64,000 nucleotides of DNA from Leucoraja ocellata (Eukaryota): positions 4,650,001 through 4,714,000 of the forward strand of contig JAWMAR010000168.1 in assembly GCA_036785375.1 (NCBI GenBank). The letters are read 5' to 3'. Of this stretch, positions 24,150-37,139 are shown one piece after another (the stretch's first letter is position 1; each line of letters opens with the position of its first letter). The notes beneath the pieces were generated by a model, which ran no database searches, was not told the DNA's origin, and worked only from the letters and a program-made list of their open reading frames with translations. The translations under genes and the position numbers were made by a program.

Positions 24150-27100
24150 TTATTCTAGACTGGGTATTGAGTAATGAGGAAGGGTTAATTAGCAGTCTTG
24201 TTGTGCGTGGCCCCTTGGGCAAGAGTGACCATAATATGGTTGAGTTTTTCATTAGGATGGAGAGTGACATTGTTAATTCAGAAACAAGGGTTAATTCAGA
24301 AACAATGGTGACTTTGAGGGTATGAGACATGAATTGGCCAAGATAGACTGGCAATTGATTCTTAAAGGGTTGACGGTGGATATGCAATGGAAAACATTTA
24401 AAGACTGCATGGATGAACTACAACAATTGTTCATCCCAGTTTGGCAAAAGAATAAACCAGGGAAGGTAGTGCATCCATGGATAACAAGGGAAATCAGGGA
24501 TAGTATCAAAACAAAAGATGAAGCATACAATTTAGCCAGAAAAAGCAGCCTACCAGAGGACTGGGAGAAATTCAGTCCAGCAGAGGAGGACAAAGGGCTT
24601 AATTAGGAAAGGGGAAATAGATTATGAAAGAAAACTGGCAGGGAACATAAAAACTGACTGCAAAAGTTTTTATAGATATGTGAAGTGGAAAAGATTAGTA
24701 AAAACAAATGTACGATTTGATCATGGGGAACAAGGACATGGCAGACCAATTGAATAACTACTTTGGTTCTGTCTTCACTAAAGAAGACATAAATAATCTG
24801 CCGAGAATAGCAAGGGACCGGAGGTCAAATGAGATGGAGGAACTGAGTGAAATCCAGGGTAGGCGGGAAGTGGTGTTAGGTAAATTGAATGGATTAAAGG
24901 CCGATAAATCCCCAGGGCCAGATAAGTTCAGATTCAGATTCAATTTTAATTGTCATTGTCAGTGTACAGTACAGAGACAACGAAATGCATTTAGCATCTC
25001 CCTGGAAGAGCGACATAGCACATGATTTGAATAAATAATAATAAGTGTCCGGGGGGCGTGGTGATTGGCAGTCACCGAGGTACGTTGTTCAGTAGAGTGA
25101 CAGCCGCCGGGAAGAAGCTGTTCCTCGACTGCTGGTTCGGCAACGGAGAGACCTGTAGCGCCTCCCGGATGGTAGGAGGGTAAACAGTCCATGGTTGGGG
25201 TGAGAGCAGTCCTTGGCGATGCTGAGCGCCCTCCGCAGACAACGCTTGCTTTGGACAGACTCAATGGAGGGGAGCGAGGAACCGGTGATGCGTTGGGCAA
25301 TTTTCACCACCCTCTGCAATGCCTTCCGGTCGGAGACAGAGCAGTTGCCATACCATACTGTGATGCAGTTGGTAAGGATGCTCTCGATGGTGCAGCGGTA
25401 GAAGCTCACCAGGATCTGAGGAGACAGATGGACCTTCTTCAGTCTCCTCAGGAACAAGAGACGCTGATGAGCCTTCTTGATCAGAGTAGAGGTATTGTGG
25501 GTCCAAGAGAGGTCATCGGAGATGTTGACTGCCAGGAACCTGAAGCTAGAAACATGTTCCACCTCCGTCCCATTAATGTGGATGGGGGTGTGCGTGCCGC
25601 CTCTGGACTTCCTGAAGTCTACAATGATCTCCTTGGTCTTCTTGGAGTTAAGGGCCAGGTTGTTGTCAGCGCACCATGTTGCTAAGTGCTGGACCTCCTC
25701 CCAGTTGTATCCCAGAGTACTTAAGGAAGTAACCCCAAATATAGTGGATGCATTAGTGATAATTTTTCAAAACTCTTTAGATTCTGGAGTAGTTCCTGAA
25801 GATTGGTGGGTAGCTAAGGTAACACCATTTTTTAAAAAGGGAGAGAGAGAGAAAACGGGGAATTACAGACCAGTTAGTCTAACATCGGTAGTGGGGAAAA
25901 TGCTGGAGTCAGTTATTAAAGATGGGATAGCAGCACATTTGGAAAGTGATGAATTCATTGGACAAAGTCAGCATGAATTTATGAAAGGTAAATCATGTCT
26001 GGCGAATCTTATAGAATTTTTTGAGGATGTAACTAGTAGAGTGGATAAGGGAGAACCAGTGGATGTGTTATATCTGGACTTTCAGAAGGCTTTCGACAAG
26101 GTCCCACATAAGAGATTAGTATACAAACTTAAAGCACATGATATTGGGGGTTCAGTATTGATGTGGATAGAGAACTAGCTGGAAGCAAAAAGTAGGAGTA
26201 AACGGGTCCTTTTCAGAATGGCAGGCAGTGACTAGTGGGGTGCCACAAGGCTCAGTGCTGGGACACCAGCTATTTACAATATATATTAATGATCTGGACG
26301 AGGGAATTGAATGCAACATCTCCAAGTTTGCGGATGACACGAAGCTGGGGGGCAGTGTTAGGAGGATGCTAGGAGGCTGCAAGGTGACTTGGATAGGTTG
26401 GGTGAGTGGGAAAATGCATGGCAGATGCAGTATAATGTGGATAAATGTGAGGTTATCCACTTTGGTGGCAAAAACAGGAAAGTAAGACTATTATCTGAAT
26501 GGTGGCCGATTAGGAAAAGGAGAGATGCAACGAGACCTGGGTGTCATGGTACACCAGTCATTGAAAGTAGGCATGCAGGTGCAGCAGGCAGTGAAGAAAG
26601 CGAATGGTATGTTAGCATTCATAGCAAAAGGATTTGAGTATAAGAGCAGGGAGGTTCTACTGCAGTTGTACAGGGTCTTGGTGAGACCACACCTGGAGTA
26701 TTGTGTACAGTTTTGGTCTCCTAATCGGAGGAAAGACATTCTTGCCATAGAGGGAGTACAGAGAAGGTTCACCAGACTGATTCCTGGGATAACAGGACTT
26801 TCATATGAAGAAAGACTGGATAGACTAGGCTTGTCCTCGCTAGAATTTAGAAGATTGAGGGGGGAATCTTATAGAAACTTACAAAATTCTTAAGGGGTTC
26901 GACAGGCTAGATGCAGGAAGATTATTCCCGATGTTGGGGAAGTCCAGAACAAGGGGTCACAGTTTAAGGATAAGAGGGAAGTCTTTTAGGACCGAGATGA
27001 GAAAATCATTTTTTACACAGTGGTGAATCTCTGGAACTCTCTGCCACAGAAGGTAGTTGAGGCCAGTTCATTGGCTATATTTAAGAGGGAGTTAGATGTG

Positions 27101-27250
27101 GCCCTTGTGGCTAAAGGGATCAGGGGGTATGGAGAGAAGGCAGGTATGGGATACTGAGTTGGATGATCAGCCATGATCATATTGAATGGCGGTGCAGGCT
27201 CGAAGGGCCGAATGGCCTACTCCTGCACCTATTTTCTATGTTTCTATGTA
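24150..27250 (+). mobile_element. CR1 LINE ORF2 (~2.3 kb), split by Rex1 insertion
   Basis: LGKSDHNM, KSPGPD|[63 protein letters not shown]; ctatgtttctatg tail. Confidence 0.95.
24929..25702 (-). mobile_element. Rex1/Babar LINE 3' fragment inserted into CR1
   Basis: SFRFLAVNISDDLSW, KKAHQRLLFLRRLK, LPSGRRYRS; (TGAATC)n tail; AGTT duplicated at the junctions. Confidence 0.9.
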
Positions 27251-28082
27251 ATACAGGCAACACATTAGCAATGTTGCAATGTATTCTCTACTTCATGTAA
27301 AATCCCACAGAAGGAGTGACTTAGTACAAGACACAATGATCCAGAACCAGGGAACATGCAGACCTGAAAGGCCTTAGAGAGCAGTTCTGATAGTTTAAGT
27401 ACATGAAGGGAGAATGATCAAATATCTATTTGCATTTTAACAACTTTTCTGAAATAAGTACGTTTCCTCGTTAAAAGAGTTATATCACTTGGATTTGTTG
27501 ATTTCTTTGGGAATTATTTCAGATTCTCTTGATTATCCAAATCATACATTATAGTAATTTACTCCTGTAGTTTCATATTTCAGTTTGTCTCATTACCAAG
27601 ATCTATTACATTCTCATCATTTCTATGTGGTTACCAATGCTATGTTTTAAAAAACAGCAACATAAAAGTGCAAATTGCATTAGAAAAGGTCATCCGTGAA
27701 GTACTTGGCGTTATTCTAAGATCTTTAAGAGCCAAAGCTACATTTTGTGAAAGGTTTACACAAACTATATTTTAGAAATGACAAAACTTTGTACTTATGT
27801 GAAAATGAACCTTGGGGATTGGTGAGTATAAGGCCCATGTTGGACCCTCATTGTGGTGAGAGATTACTAAGAACAAGCTTCAATGCTAACTTTTTTGGAC
27901 ACCTGAACCCACTGCATGAATGAAACCCTGCAGTTTTTGGGAATAAAATGTAAACTTGCTAAAAGGCAGCACAACTGGCAGAGCTGCTGCTCCACGGCAC
28001 CAGAGACCCGGGTTTACTCCTGATCTTGGGTGTTATCCGTGTTGAGTTTGCACATAGGGCAGCTTGGTGGCGCAGCCGTAGA

Positions 28083-28715
28083 AACATAGAAAATAGGTGC
28101 AGGAGGAGGCCATTCGGCCCTTCGAGCCAGCAGCGCCATTCATTGTGAGCATGACTGATCACCCCCTATCAATAACCCATGCCTGCCTTCTCCCCATATC
28201 CCTTGACTCCACTAGCCCCTAGAGCTCTATCTAAATCTCTCTTAAATCCATCCAGTGACTTGGCCTCCACTGCCCTCTGTGGCAGGGAATTTCACAAATT
28301 CACAACTCTCTGGGTGAAAAAGTTTTTTCTCACCTCAGTCTTAAATTACCTCCCCTTTATTCTAAGACTGTGGCCCCTGGTTCTGGACTCGCTCCACACT
28401 AGGAACCATTTTCCTGCATCTAGCTTGTCCAGTCCTTTTATAATTTTATATGTTTCTATAAGATCCCCCTCATCCTTGTGAACTCCAGTGAATGCAAGCC
28501 TAGTCTTTTCAATCTTTCCTCATATGACACTCCCGCCATCCCAGGGATCAATCTCGTGAACCTACGCTGCACTGCCTCAATCACAAGGATGTCCTTCCTC
28601 AAATTAGGAGACCAAAACTGTACACAATACTCCAGATGTGGTCTCACCAGAGCCCTATACAACTGCAGAAGAACCTCTTTACTCCTGTACTGAAATCCTC
28701 TTGTTATGAAGAGCT
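28083..28715 (-). mobile_element. CR1 3' fragment
   Basis: [21 protein letters not shown]; TSD AGCCGTAGA at 28074-28082 and 28720-28728. Confidence 0.9.
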
Positions 28716-28931
28716 ATAGAGCCGTAGAGCTATTGCTGTAGAACGCCAGAGATCCGGGCTCGATCCTGACTACAGGGGCTGTCTGTACGTCACGGGTATG
28801 TTCTCCCCGGGACCTACATGGGGTTTTTTTCAGAGATCTTCGGTTTCTTCCCACACTCCAAAGACGTACAGGTTTGCAGGTTAATTGGCTTGGTGTACAT
28901 GGAAAATCGTCCCCAATATGTGTAGGGTAGT

Positions 28932-30041
28932 ACACAAAAATGCTGGAGAAACTCAGCGGGTGCAGCAGCATCTATGGAGCGAAGGAGATAGGTAACCTTT
29001 CGGGCCGAAACCCTTCTTCAGACTGATAGGTGGGAAAAAGGGAGGAGGAGGAGCCCGAGGGCTGGGGGATGGGAGGAGACAGCCCGAGGGCTAAGGAAGG
29101 GGAGGAGACAGCAAGGGCTAACAAAATTGGGAGAATTCAATGTTCATGCCCGCCGGATGCAGGCTCCCCAAGCGGAATATGAGGTGCTGTTCCTCCAATT
29201 TCCGGTGTTGCTCACTCTGGCAATGGAGGAGACCCAGGACAGAGAGGTCGGATTGGGAATGGGAGGGGGAGTTGAAGTGCTGAGCCACCGGGAGGTCAGG
29301 TAGGTTCTTGTGGACCGAGCGGAGCTGTTCGGCGAAACGATCGCCCAACCTCCGCTTAGTCTCACCGATGTAGATCAGCTGACATCTAGAGCATCGGATG
29401 CAGTAGATGAGGTTTGAGGAGATACAGGTGAACCTCTGTCGCACCTGGAACGACTGCTTGGGTTCCTGAATGGAGTCGAGGGGGGAGGTGAAGGGACAGG
29501 TGTTGCATTTCTTGCGGTTGCAACGGAAAGTGCCTGGGGAGGGGGTGGACCGAGAGGGAAGGGAAGAATTGACAAGGGAGTTGCGGAGGCAGCGGTCTTT
29601 GCGGAAGGCAGACATTGGGGGAGATGGGAAGATGTGGCGAGTGGTGGGGTCACGTTGGAGGTGGCGAAAATGATGTAGGATTATTTGTTGTATGTGACGG
29701 CTGGTGGGGTGAAAGGTGAGGACTAGGGGGACTCTGCCCTTGTTGCAAGTGCAGGGATGGGGAGAGAGAGCAGTGTTGCGATATATGGAAGAGACCCTGG
29801 TGCGAGCCTCATCTATGGTGGAGGAGGGGAAACCCTGTTCCCTGAAGAATGAGGACATTTCAGATGTGCTGGTGTGGAACGCCTCATCCTGGGAGCAGAT
29901 GCGGCGTAGACGGAGGAATTGGGAGTGGGGGATGGAGTCCTTACAGGAGGCAAGGTGGGAAGAAGTGTAGTCCAGATAGCCATGTGAGTCAGTGGGTTTG
30001 TAGTGGATGTTGGTCAGGAGTCTATCACCTGCGATGCTGCG
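28932..30041 (-). mobile_element. Penelope-like element, 5'-truncated; RT C-terminus, Cys linker and GIY-YIG endonuclease (ORF 29118-29858)
   Basis: RVPLVLTFHP, CNRKKCNTC, NLIYCIRCSRCQLIYIGETKRRLGDRF, VAQHFN, GMNIEF; 3' hammerhead-like CTGAAGA-AGGGTTTCGGCCC-GAAA; 14-bp TSD ATGTGTAGGGTAGT. Confidence 0.92.
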
Positions 30042-31221
30042 ATGTGTAGGGTAGTGTTAGTGCGCGGGGTTCACTGGTCGGGGCGGACTCGGTGGGCAGA
30101 AGGTCCTGTTTCCACTCTGTATCTCTAAATTAAACTATAATTTCCCTAGTGATCTTGTGGGTGTCCTCCAGGCGCTCTGGTTTCCTTCCACATCACAAAG
30201 GCATGCACGTTTGCAGGTTAATTGGCTTCTGTAAGTTGCTACTGGTGTGGAGGGAGTGGACAAGAAAGTGGGATAGCATTGAACTTGTGTGTATAGGGGG
30301 TCGATGGCGTGCACTCTGTGGGTCAAAGGTCCTATTTCCATGTTGTATCTCTGAACAAAACTACCAAGTGTACTTACCAAGAACAGATGGAGAAACCAGT
30401 CTGTCACAAAGCAGAATGAACTCCTGATCAGTACACACAATGCACATGGGTGGACACTTTCATTCATCTCCGGCTTAACAAGCACCACCTGTCATTACTT
30501 CATATAATGTACAAGTAATTGGGGCAGCAATTTATGTCAACAGACAAATGCATTCAACTTTAAATAATTAAATGCTCTAATCTCTGTACAAAACCATTAA
30601 TCTTTTGAAGTGGCTGTGGTGATTTTGTTTATTCATCATTTAATCACAAAATATGTGGGCGTCATTGGCCTGGTCCACATTTAATGCCCAGCTCTTGTGT
30701 ACCTAATTATTAGAAGCAACCTACATTTGCAACATTTCTTTCTTTCCATGTAATATTAAAATTAAATACTACACTTAAAATATTTATCTTCCATGCTGTT
30801 GTGGCATATGACAAACATTGATTTCTGAAAATTGTCATTCAGCACAAACTAATTCCGACAACATCCTTTGTATACTTAAAGATGGAAGCAAGCATCCAGG
30901 GGAATACCGTTTGGCTGATTTGTCTGAACTTATCAGGTCTCACTTCAATCACCTTAAGAAGAGAATGTTAAACTTTGTTTCTCTTGTTTGTAATGGTTTA
31001 TAATGAGTATTGATTAATTAGTGGTTAATTTTCCTCTATCAAACTAACATTGGTGGGACTAAGGGGCAAAAAAATTTGTTCGGCACGGACTTGTAGGGCC
31101 GAGATGGCCTGTTTCCGTGCTGTAATTGTTATATGGTTATATGGTTATTGACTATCTATATAATATTACACTCTGAGAGTGTTCAATAATTACTCAATCA
31201 ACTTATACCAACTTATACCAT

Positions 31222-31655
31222 AAATACTCGCTAGAATTTAGAAGATTGAGGGGGGTGGGGTTCTCTTATAGAAATTTACAAAATTCTTAAGGGGTTGGGC
31301 AGGCTAGATGCAGGAAGATTGTTCCCGATGTTGGGGAAGTCCAGAACAAGGGGTCACAGTTTAAGGATAAAGGGGAAATCTTTTAGGACTGAAATGAGAA
31401 AAACATTTTTCACACAGAGAGTGGTGAATCTCAGGAATCCTCTGCCACAGAATGTAGTTGAGGCCAGTTCAGTGGCTATATTTAAGAGGGAGTTAGATGT
31501 GGCCCTTGTGGCTAAAGGGATCAGGGGTATGGAGAGAGGGCTCACAGGATACTGAGTTGGATGATCAGCCATGATCATATTGAATGACGTTGCAGGCTTG
31601 AAGGGCCGAATGGCCTACTCCTGCACCTATTTTCTATGTTTCTATGTTTCTATGA
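31222..31655 (+). mobile_element. CR1 3' fragment
   Basis: LDAGRLFPMLGKSRTRGHSLRIKG; (CTATGTTT)n tail. Confidence 0.9.
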
Positions 31656-31804
31656 GTAAAACTACATAAAGTTCTGAGTATTTCCCCAATTGTCCTTTTC
31701 AGTGGAACTAACAAGCCAATTCATGTTATGCTGCACGCTGTAGTTCGAACAATCATTCAATCAAAGACTTTTTTTAAACTTTTGTTTTTACAACAAAAAA
31801 AGGT

Positions 31805-32112
31805 GGTGCGGCACTGTGGCGCAGGGTTAGAGTTGTTGCCTTACAATGCCAGAGACATAGGTTTGATCCTGGCCACGGGTGCTGTCTGTACGGAGTTTGC
31901 ACGTTCTCCCTACGAGCTGCGTGGGTTTTCCCCGGGAGCTCCGGTTTCCTCCCACGTTCTAGAGACACACGGGTTTGTAGGTGGATTGGCTTTGGTAAAA
32001 TTGTAAATTGTCCCTAGTGTGTGTTGGATATTGTAAGTGTGCGAGGAACGCTGGTCGCCACGGACTCAGTGGGCTGAAAGGCCACTGTATCTCTAAACTA
32101 AACTAAACTAAA
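31805..32112 (+). mobile_element. HE1-like V-SINE
   Basis: gtggcgcagggttagag A-box, gtttgatcct B-box, V-domain, (AAACT)n tail. Confidence 0.85.
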
Positions 32113-32519
32113 CACATTTCCACACAGAATGAAAACAATAAAGGATGCCAACACCAATCCCTTTCCGATATTACTACCTCTGCTGTGAGACATAACCACT
32201 TTCCTTACACGGCAATCCTACCATCGCTGAATCCAGTCAAGTGACTGTCTGCCACATTTCTACTCTATCAAATAATTATTTCTTAGATAGGAGATTATGC
32301 TGTTAAACACAATGCCCCTCCGACCTATTGTGGAATGAAGCTGGACAGTAGGACAAGGGTCAACTTGGTCTTGACATACGTAGGAAGGAATTGCAGATGC
32401 TGTTTTACACCAAAGATAGACACAAAATGCTGGAGTAACTCAATGGGTCGGGCAGCATCTATAGAGAGGAATGGGTAACGTTTCAGGTCGAGATCTTTCA
32501 TCAGGCCCTATTTCTTCTT

Positions 32520-33330
32520 GAAATAGACAGGCGTAGTGATTCTACCCAATGCAATGTAGTTAAGATCTTTATTTGTTCAAAGTTACCACACAAGTTATAA
32601 GGTGATGGTTCTCAACACTAAAATAGATGATATTTTACACAATTCCCAATGTTGACAAGCAGAATGGATAAGCAGGATGTGGTGTGTTTGGATTTTCTGA
32701 AGGGGTTTGATAAATTCATGCCGAGGTGGTATGTAAACAAGGTTAGAAAATATCCATTCAGGGCACAATACTAACATGCATTGAGAATTGGTGATCGGAA
32801 AGAAACCTAGAATGGGAACTACAGATCCTTCTCAGGCTGTCAGCCAGGGATTCTCAAGGTACTGCACAGAACAGGACTCTGCTCTCTATAGATGCTGCCC
32901 AACCCATTGAGTTACTGCAGCATTTTGTGTCTATCTTTGGTGTAAAACAGCATCTGCAATTCCTGTTGGGCTCTGACTATTCACAATCTACATCAACAAT
33001 TAGGCTGAAGGGAGCAAATGTCATAAAGATATACTGAGTAAGTGTGTGGGGACATGGCAGATGGAATATAATGCAGGAAATGTGTGGTCATCCACTTTGG
33101 TGGGACAAGAAAACAATGTATTTGTAAATGGTGAGAGGTTGGCTAGTATGGATATTCAACCCAGGTATCCTTGTACACAAGTCATTCAAGCCGATCAAGA
33201 TGGTGCACCAGGCAATTAGAATCACAATTGACATGTTGCCCTCCATAACAAGAGGATATAATTTGAGAATTAAGGAAGTCTGATTATAATTCTGCTGAGC
33301 CTTGATGAGACTACACCCGACTATTGTGTA
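32520..33330 (+). mobile_element. Old CR1 RT fragment with Penelope-unit insert
   Basis: ttggattttctgaaggggtttgataa, ctattcacaatctacatcaac, ccttgatgagactacacccgactattgtgt remnants. Confidence 0.65.
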
Positions 33331-34500
33331 GGAACAAGGAACTGCAGATGCTGGTTGACAACAAAAAATACATGAAATGCTGGAGTAACTCAGTGGGTCA
33401 GACAACAACTCTGGAGAGCATGGAAAGGTGATATTTTGGTCAGGTCCCTTCTTCAGACTGATTGTAAGGGGGTGGAAGAAAGTTGGAAGAGAGGAAGGGC
33501 AGAACTGAGCATGGCAGGCAGTAGGTGAACAGAGATAGGTGGGTGGGGGGGGGGGGGGGGGGGGGGTGTTGATAGGGAGGGGGGTGGACAAAGACCAGAG
33601 ATTTTAAAAAGGTAGGTATGGGGGACAAGGAAGAGAAAGGGGAGAGAAGGGGTGGGGATTTGTTAGAGGTTACCTAAGATTGGAGAATTCAATGTTCATA
33701 CCACTGGGCTGTAAGCTACTCCTCCCGGTGTGTCTGGCTTCACTCTGGCAAAGCAGAAGGTCCACGACAGAAAGATCAGTATGGAAGGTACACAAAATTG
33801 CTGGAGAAACTCAGCGGGTGCAGCAGCATCTATGGAGCGAAGGAAATAGGCGACGTTTCGGGCCGAAACCCTTCTTCAGAATGGAAATGGGAAGAGGAGT
33901 TAAAAAGGTTAGCAAATAAGAGATCCAATAATCCTTGGCGGACTGAGCGCAAGTGTTCGTGAAGCGGTCTCCGAGTCTACGTTAAGTCTCGTCGATGCAC
34001 AGGAGGCCATGGCAGGAAGACCAGATGCAGTGGATGAGGTTAGAGGAGGTGCACGTGAACCTCTGTCTCACCTGGAAGTGCTGCTGGTTTCCCTGGAAGG
34101 AGGTGAGGGAGGAGGTATAGGGGACATGTGTTGCATCTCCTGCGGCTGCAGGGGAAAGTACCTGGGGGGGGGGGGGGGTGGTGTGGTGGGAAGGGATGAG
34201 TGAACCAAGACATTGTGGAGGAAGTGGTCTCTGCAGTAGGTGGGAAGGTGGAGATGGGAAGATATGGCAGGTGGAGGGATCACGTTGGAGGTGATGGAAA
34301 TGTCAGAAGATTATGTGTTGGATGAGGAGATTGGTGTAGTGGAAGGTGAAGACCAGGGAAACTCTATTAATGTTGCATCTGGTGGCAGTGGAAGCGAGAT
34401 CTGAACAATGGGACATGGAGGGGACATGGATGAGGGATCCTTCTATGACAGCAAGGGGGAAACCATATTCACTAAAGAAAGAATTCTTCAATAATTGTAA
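33330..34500 (-). mobile_element. Degenerate Penelope-like element with a younger hammerhead unit nested at ~33788-33880
   Basis: Homologous to 28932-30041 (gagaattcaatgttcat; RVSLVFTFH); nested TCTGAAGAAGGGTTTCGGCCCGAAACGTC on the minus strand. Confidence 0.8.
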
Positions 34501-34654
34501 AAAATACTCAGAAATAAGGTGTGCCCCCCCCCCCCCCCCCTCCACCCTTCAGACTGATCAGAAAGACCCACCATAACTTTGTACATCACCCCACTCTGCT
34601 AAAGTAGGGGAATCAAAATCCAGAGGACAGGTTTAAGGTGGGAGGGGAAGGTTT

Positions 34655-35240
34655 TGTATATGGCTCTGGTGAGACCACATCTGGAGTATTGTGTACAATT
34701 TTGGTCTCCTAATTTGAGGAGGGACATCCTTGTGATTGAGGCAGTGCAGGGTAGGTTCACGAGATTGATGCCTGGGATGGCGGGACTGTCATACAAGGAA
34801 AGATTGAAAAGACTAGGCTTGTATTCACTGGAGTTTAGAAGGATGAGGGGGCATCTTATAGAAACATATAAAATTATAAAAGGACTGGACAAGCTAGAAG
34901 CAGGAAAAATGTTCCCAATGTTGGGTGTGTCCAGAACCAGGGGCCACAGTCTTAGAATAAAGGGGAAGTCATTTAAAACTGAGGTGAGAAAAAACGTTTT
35001 CACCCAAAGAGTTGTGAATTTATGGAATTCCCTGCCACAGAGGGCAGTGGAGGCCAAATCACTGGATGGATTTAAGAGAGAATTAGATAGAGCTCTAGGG
35101 GCTAGTGGAGTCAATGGATATGGGGAGAACGCAGGCACGGGTTATTGGTAGGGGATGATCAGCCATGATCAAAATGACTGGCGGTGCTGGCTCGAAGGGC
35201 CGAATGGCCTCCTCCTGCACCCATTTTCTATGTTTCTGTG
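34655..35240 (+). mobile_element. CR1 3' fragment (ORF 34654-35151) inside an older CR1 tail
   Basis: [15 protein letters not shown]...[13 protein letters not shown]. Confidence 0.92.
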
Positions 35241-35859
35241 TTTTCTTAGGAACCTGATGGACAACTTTTTCACACAGAGTGCGGTGTGCATGCGGAAGGA
35301 GCTGCCAGAGGGGTAGTTGAGGCAGGTACTATAACGATATTGAAAAGACATTTGGACATGTACATGGATAGGAAAGACTTGGAGGGATATGGGCTAAATG
35401 CGGTCAGGTGGGACATCTTGGTTGGCATGGACAAGTTGGGCCCAAGGGCCTGTTTCCGTGCTGATAAGTATTTTTCACACCTCTCCTCCACATCCAGTGG
35501 TTATTAAGCAGCAGACACTCAGTCTGCGCTCCAGCTGCCTTAGCATATTAAACTTAGCTTCTCTGTTTCAGCTTCACAACTATTCTCTCAGTTGTCTCTT
35601 GTATTAATGAATACAAGATTTTTCTTCCATATTTTTACAATAAAAGACACGTCTTCCTATCCACGAGAATGTCTGCAATCCCTGCTTGTCATGTCATGGC
35701 AACCCTTCTGGAGGCAAATACTTTTATCTATACAACTTCAATTGGATGAAGCTTGGAAGACCTGGTAAGTTTATCAGAATACACTACAAACACATTGCGC
35801 CAGATCTAATACGGAAATTTAGTTCAAATCTGCACAGACCTTGGGAGGTGTAGACACCT

Positions 35860-36155
35860 AGCGTCACAGAGTGATACAGTGTGGAAACAGGCCCTTTGGC
35901 CCACCTTGCCCATACCAGCCAATATGTCCCAGTTGCACTAGTCTCACCTGTCTGTATTTGGTCCATATCCCTCCAAACCTGTCCTATCCACGTATCTGTC
36001 TGACTGTTTCTTAAATGTTGGGATAGTCCCTGCTACAACTACGTCCTCCAGCAGCTCGTTCCATACACCCACCACGCTTTGTGTGAGAAAGTTACCCCTC
36101 AGATTCCTATTGAATCTTTTCCCCTTCACCTTAAACCTATGTCCTCTGGTCCTCA
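35860..36155 (-). mobile_element. CR1 3' fragment
   Basis: RTRGHRFKVKGKRF...VVGVWNEL. Confidence 0.85.
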
Positions 36156-36447
36156 AATGTGCAACTGTCCATAAACAGGAAGGGTAAATCGCAGCGAAAC
36201 CAATGCCACTCCTTATCTAGCCCAGCCAACTCAATGTAAAGTAATAGTTGATGTTCTGTATCTACATCGGCCATTTGAGAGGTGAAGGATTCACATGGAA
36301 TCTTGTGACCCGACTCAGCTCTTTAGATGCAAGTTGTTGGCCTTGTGTGGTGAGCATATTCGCTGGATGTGGCTACAGAGAGCTGAGTAAGAACATAGTT
36401 TGTCAGCAGATCTGTCTGGAGGAAAGGAAAAGCAGGAAGAAATGTAC

Positions 36448-36777
36448 AGGAAGGAACTGCAGATGCTCGTTTAAACCAAAGATAGCCACAAAATGCTGGA
36501 GTAACTCAGCGGGACAGGCAGCATCTCTGGAGAGAAGGAATGAGTGTCGTTTCTGGTCAAGACCCTTGAAGAAGGATCTCAATCTGAAACATCACGCATT
36601 CCTTTTCTCCAGAGATGCTGCGTGTCTCGCTGAGTTACTCCAGCATTCTGTGTCTATCTTCAGGAAGAAATGTACCACACTTCTAAGAAGGGTCTCGACC
36701 TGAAACGTCACCCATTCATTCTCTCGAGAGATGCTGCCTCTCCCGCTGAGTTAGTCCAGCAATTTGTGTCCATCTTT
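36448..36777. mobile_element. Three Penelope-derived units (one inverted, two tandem) at a triplicated target
   Basis: AGGAAGAAAT(G/A)TAC at 36434, 36662 and 36778. Confidence 0.8.
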
Positions 36778-37139
36778 AGGAAGAAATATACCACACGTGG
36801 ACACAACATGTGGATGAATTCATATGTGGTTCTGGGCTGTAACATTACTGTAAAGGACCAAAAGCTCGGTTTCCTCTTCATTTGCTTGGAATTATGAAAT
36901 GATTTCTGCTTTAGCAATCCACCACCAGAGCTGAAGCCCAGATCACTGCAGGCATTTTGTTCCGAGCCATCTGGCTGTTTATGGAGGGCATTCTGACGAC
37001 ATTGTTCTGAACTTCATCCAGCTGCATTATAAATGTCAACAAGGCATCAGTGAAGAAAGTCAAGCTCAGATGACCAAAGTATGGTTGTAAACTTCTTCTT
37101 AAAATGTGTCTCAAAGGGGGAAAAATTCAAAATCCAGTC

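Larger units (their letters stand above)
28054..30137 (+). mobile_element. HE1-like SINE inserted in an older SINE (~27965-28053 and ~30140-30365) and split by CR1 and Penelope
   Basis: Head ggtggcgcagccgtaga at ~28066, resumes 28720-28931, tail 30042-30137. Confidence 0.8.

Noticed and set aside
36915-37085. Possible plus-strand exon
   Set aside because: Stops in all frames from the best acceptor; the alternative peptide is unrecognisable.
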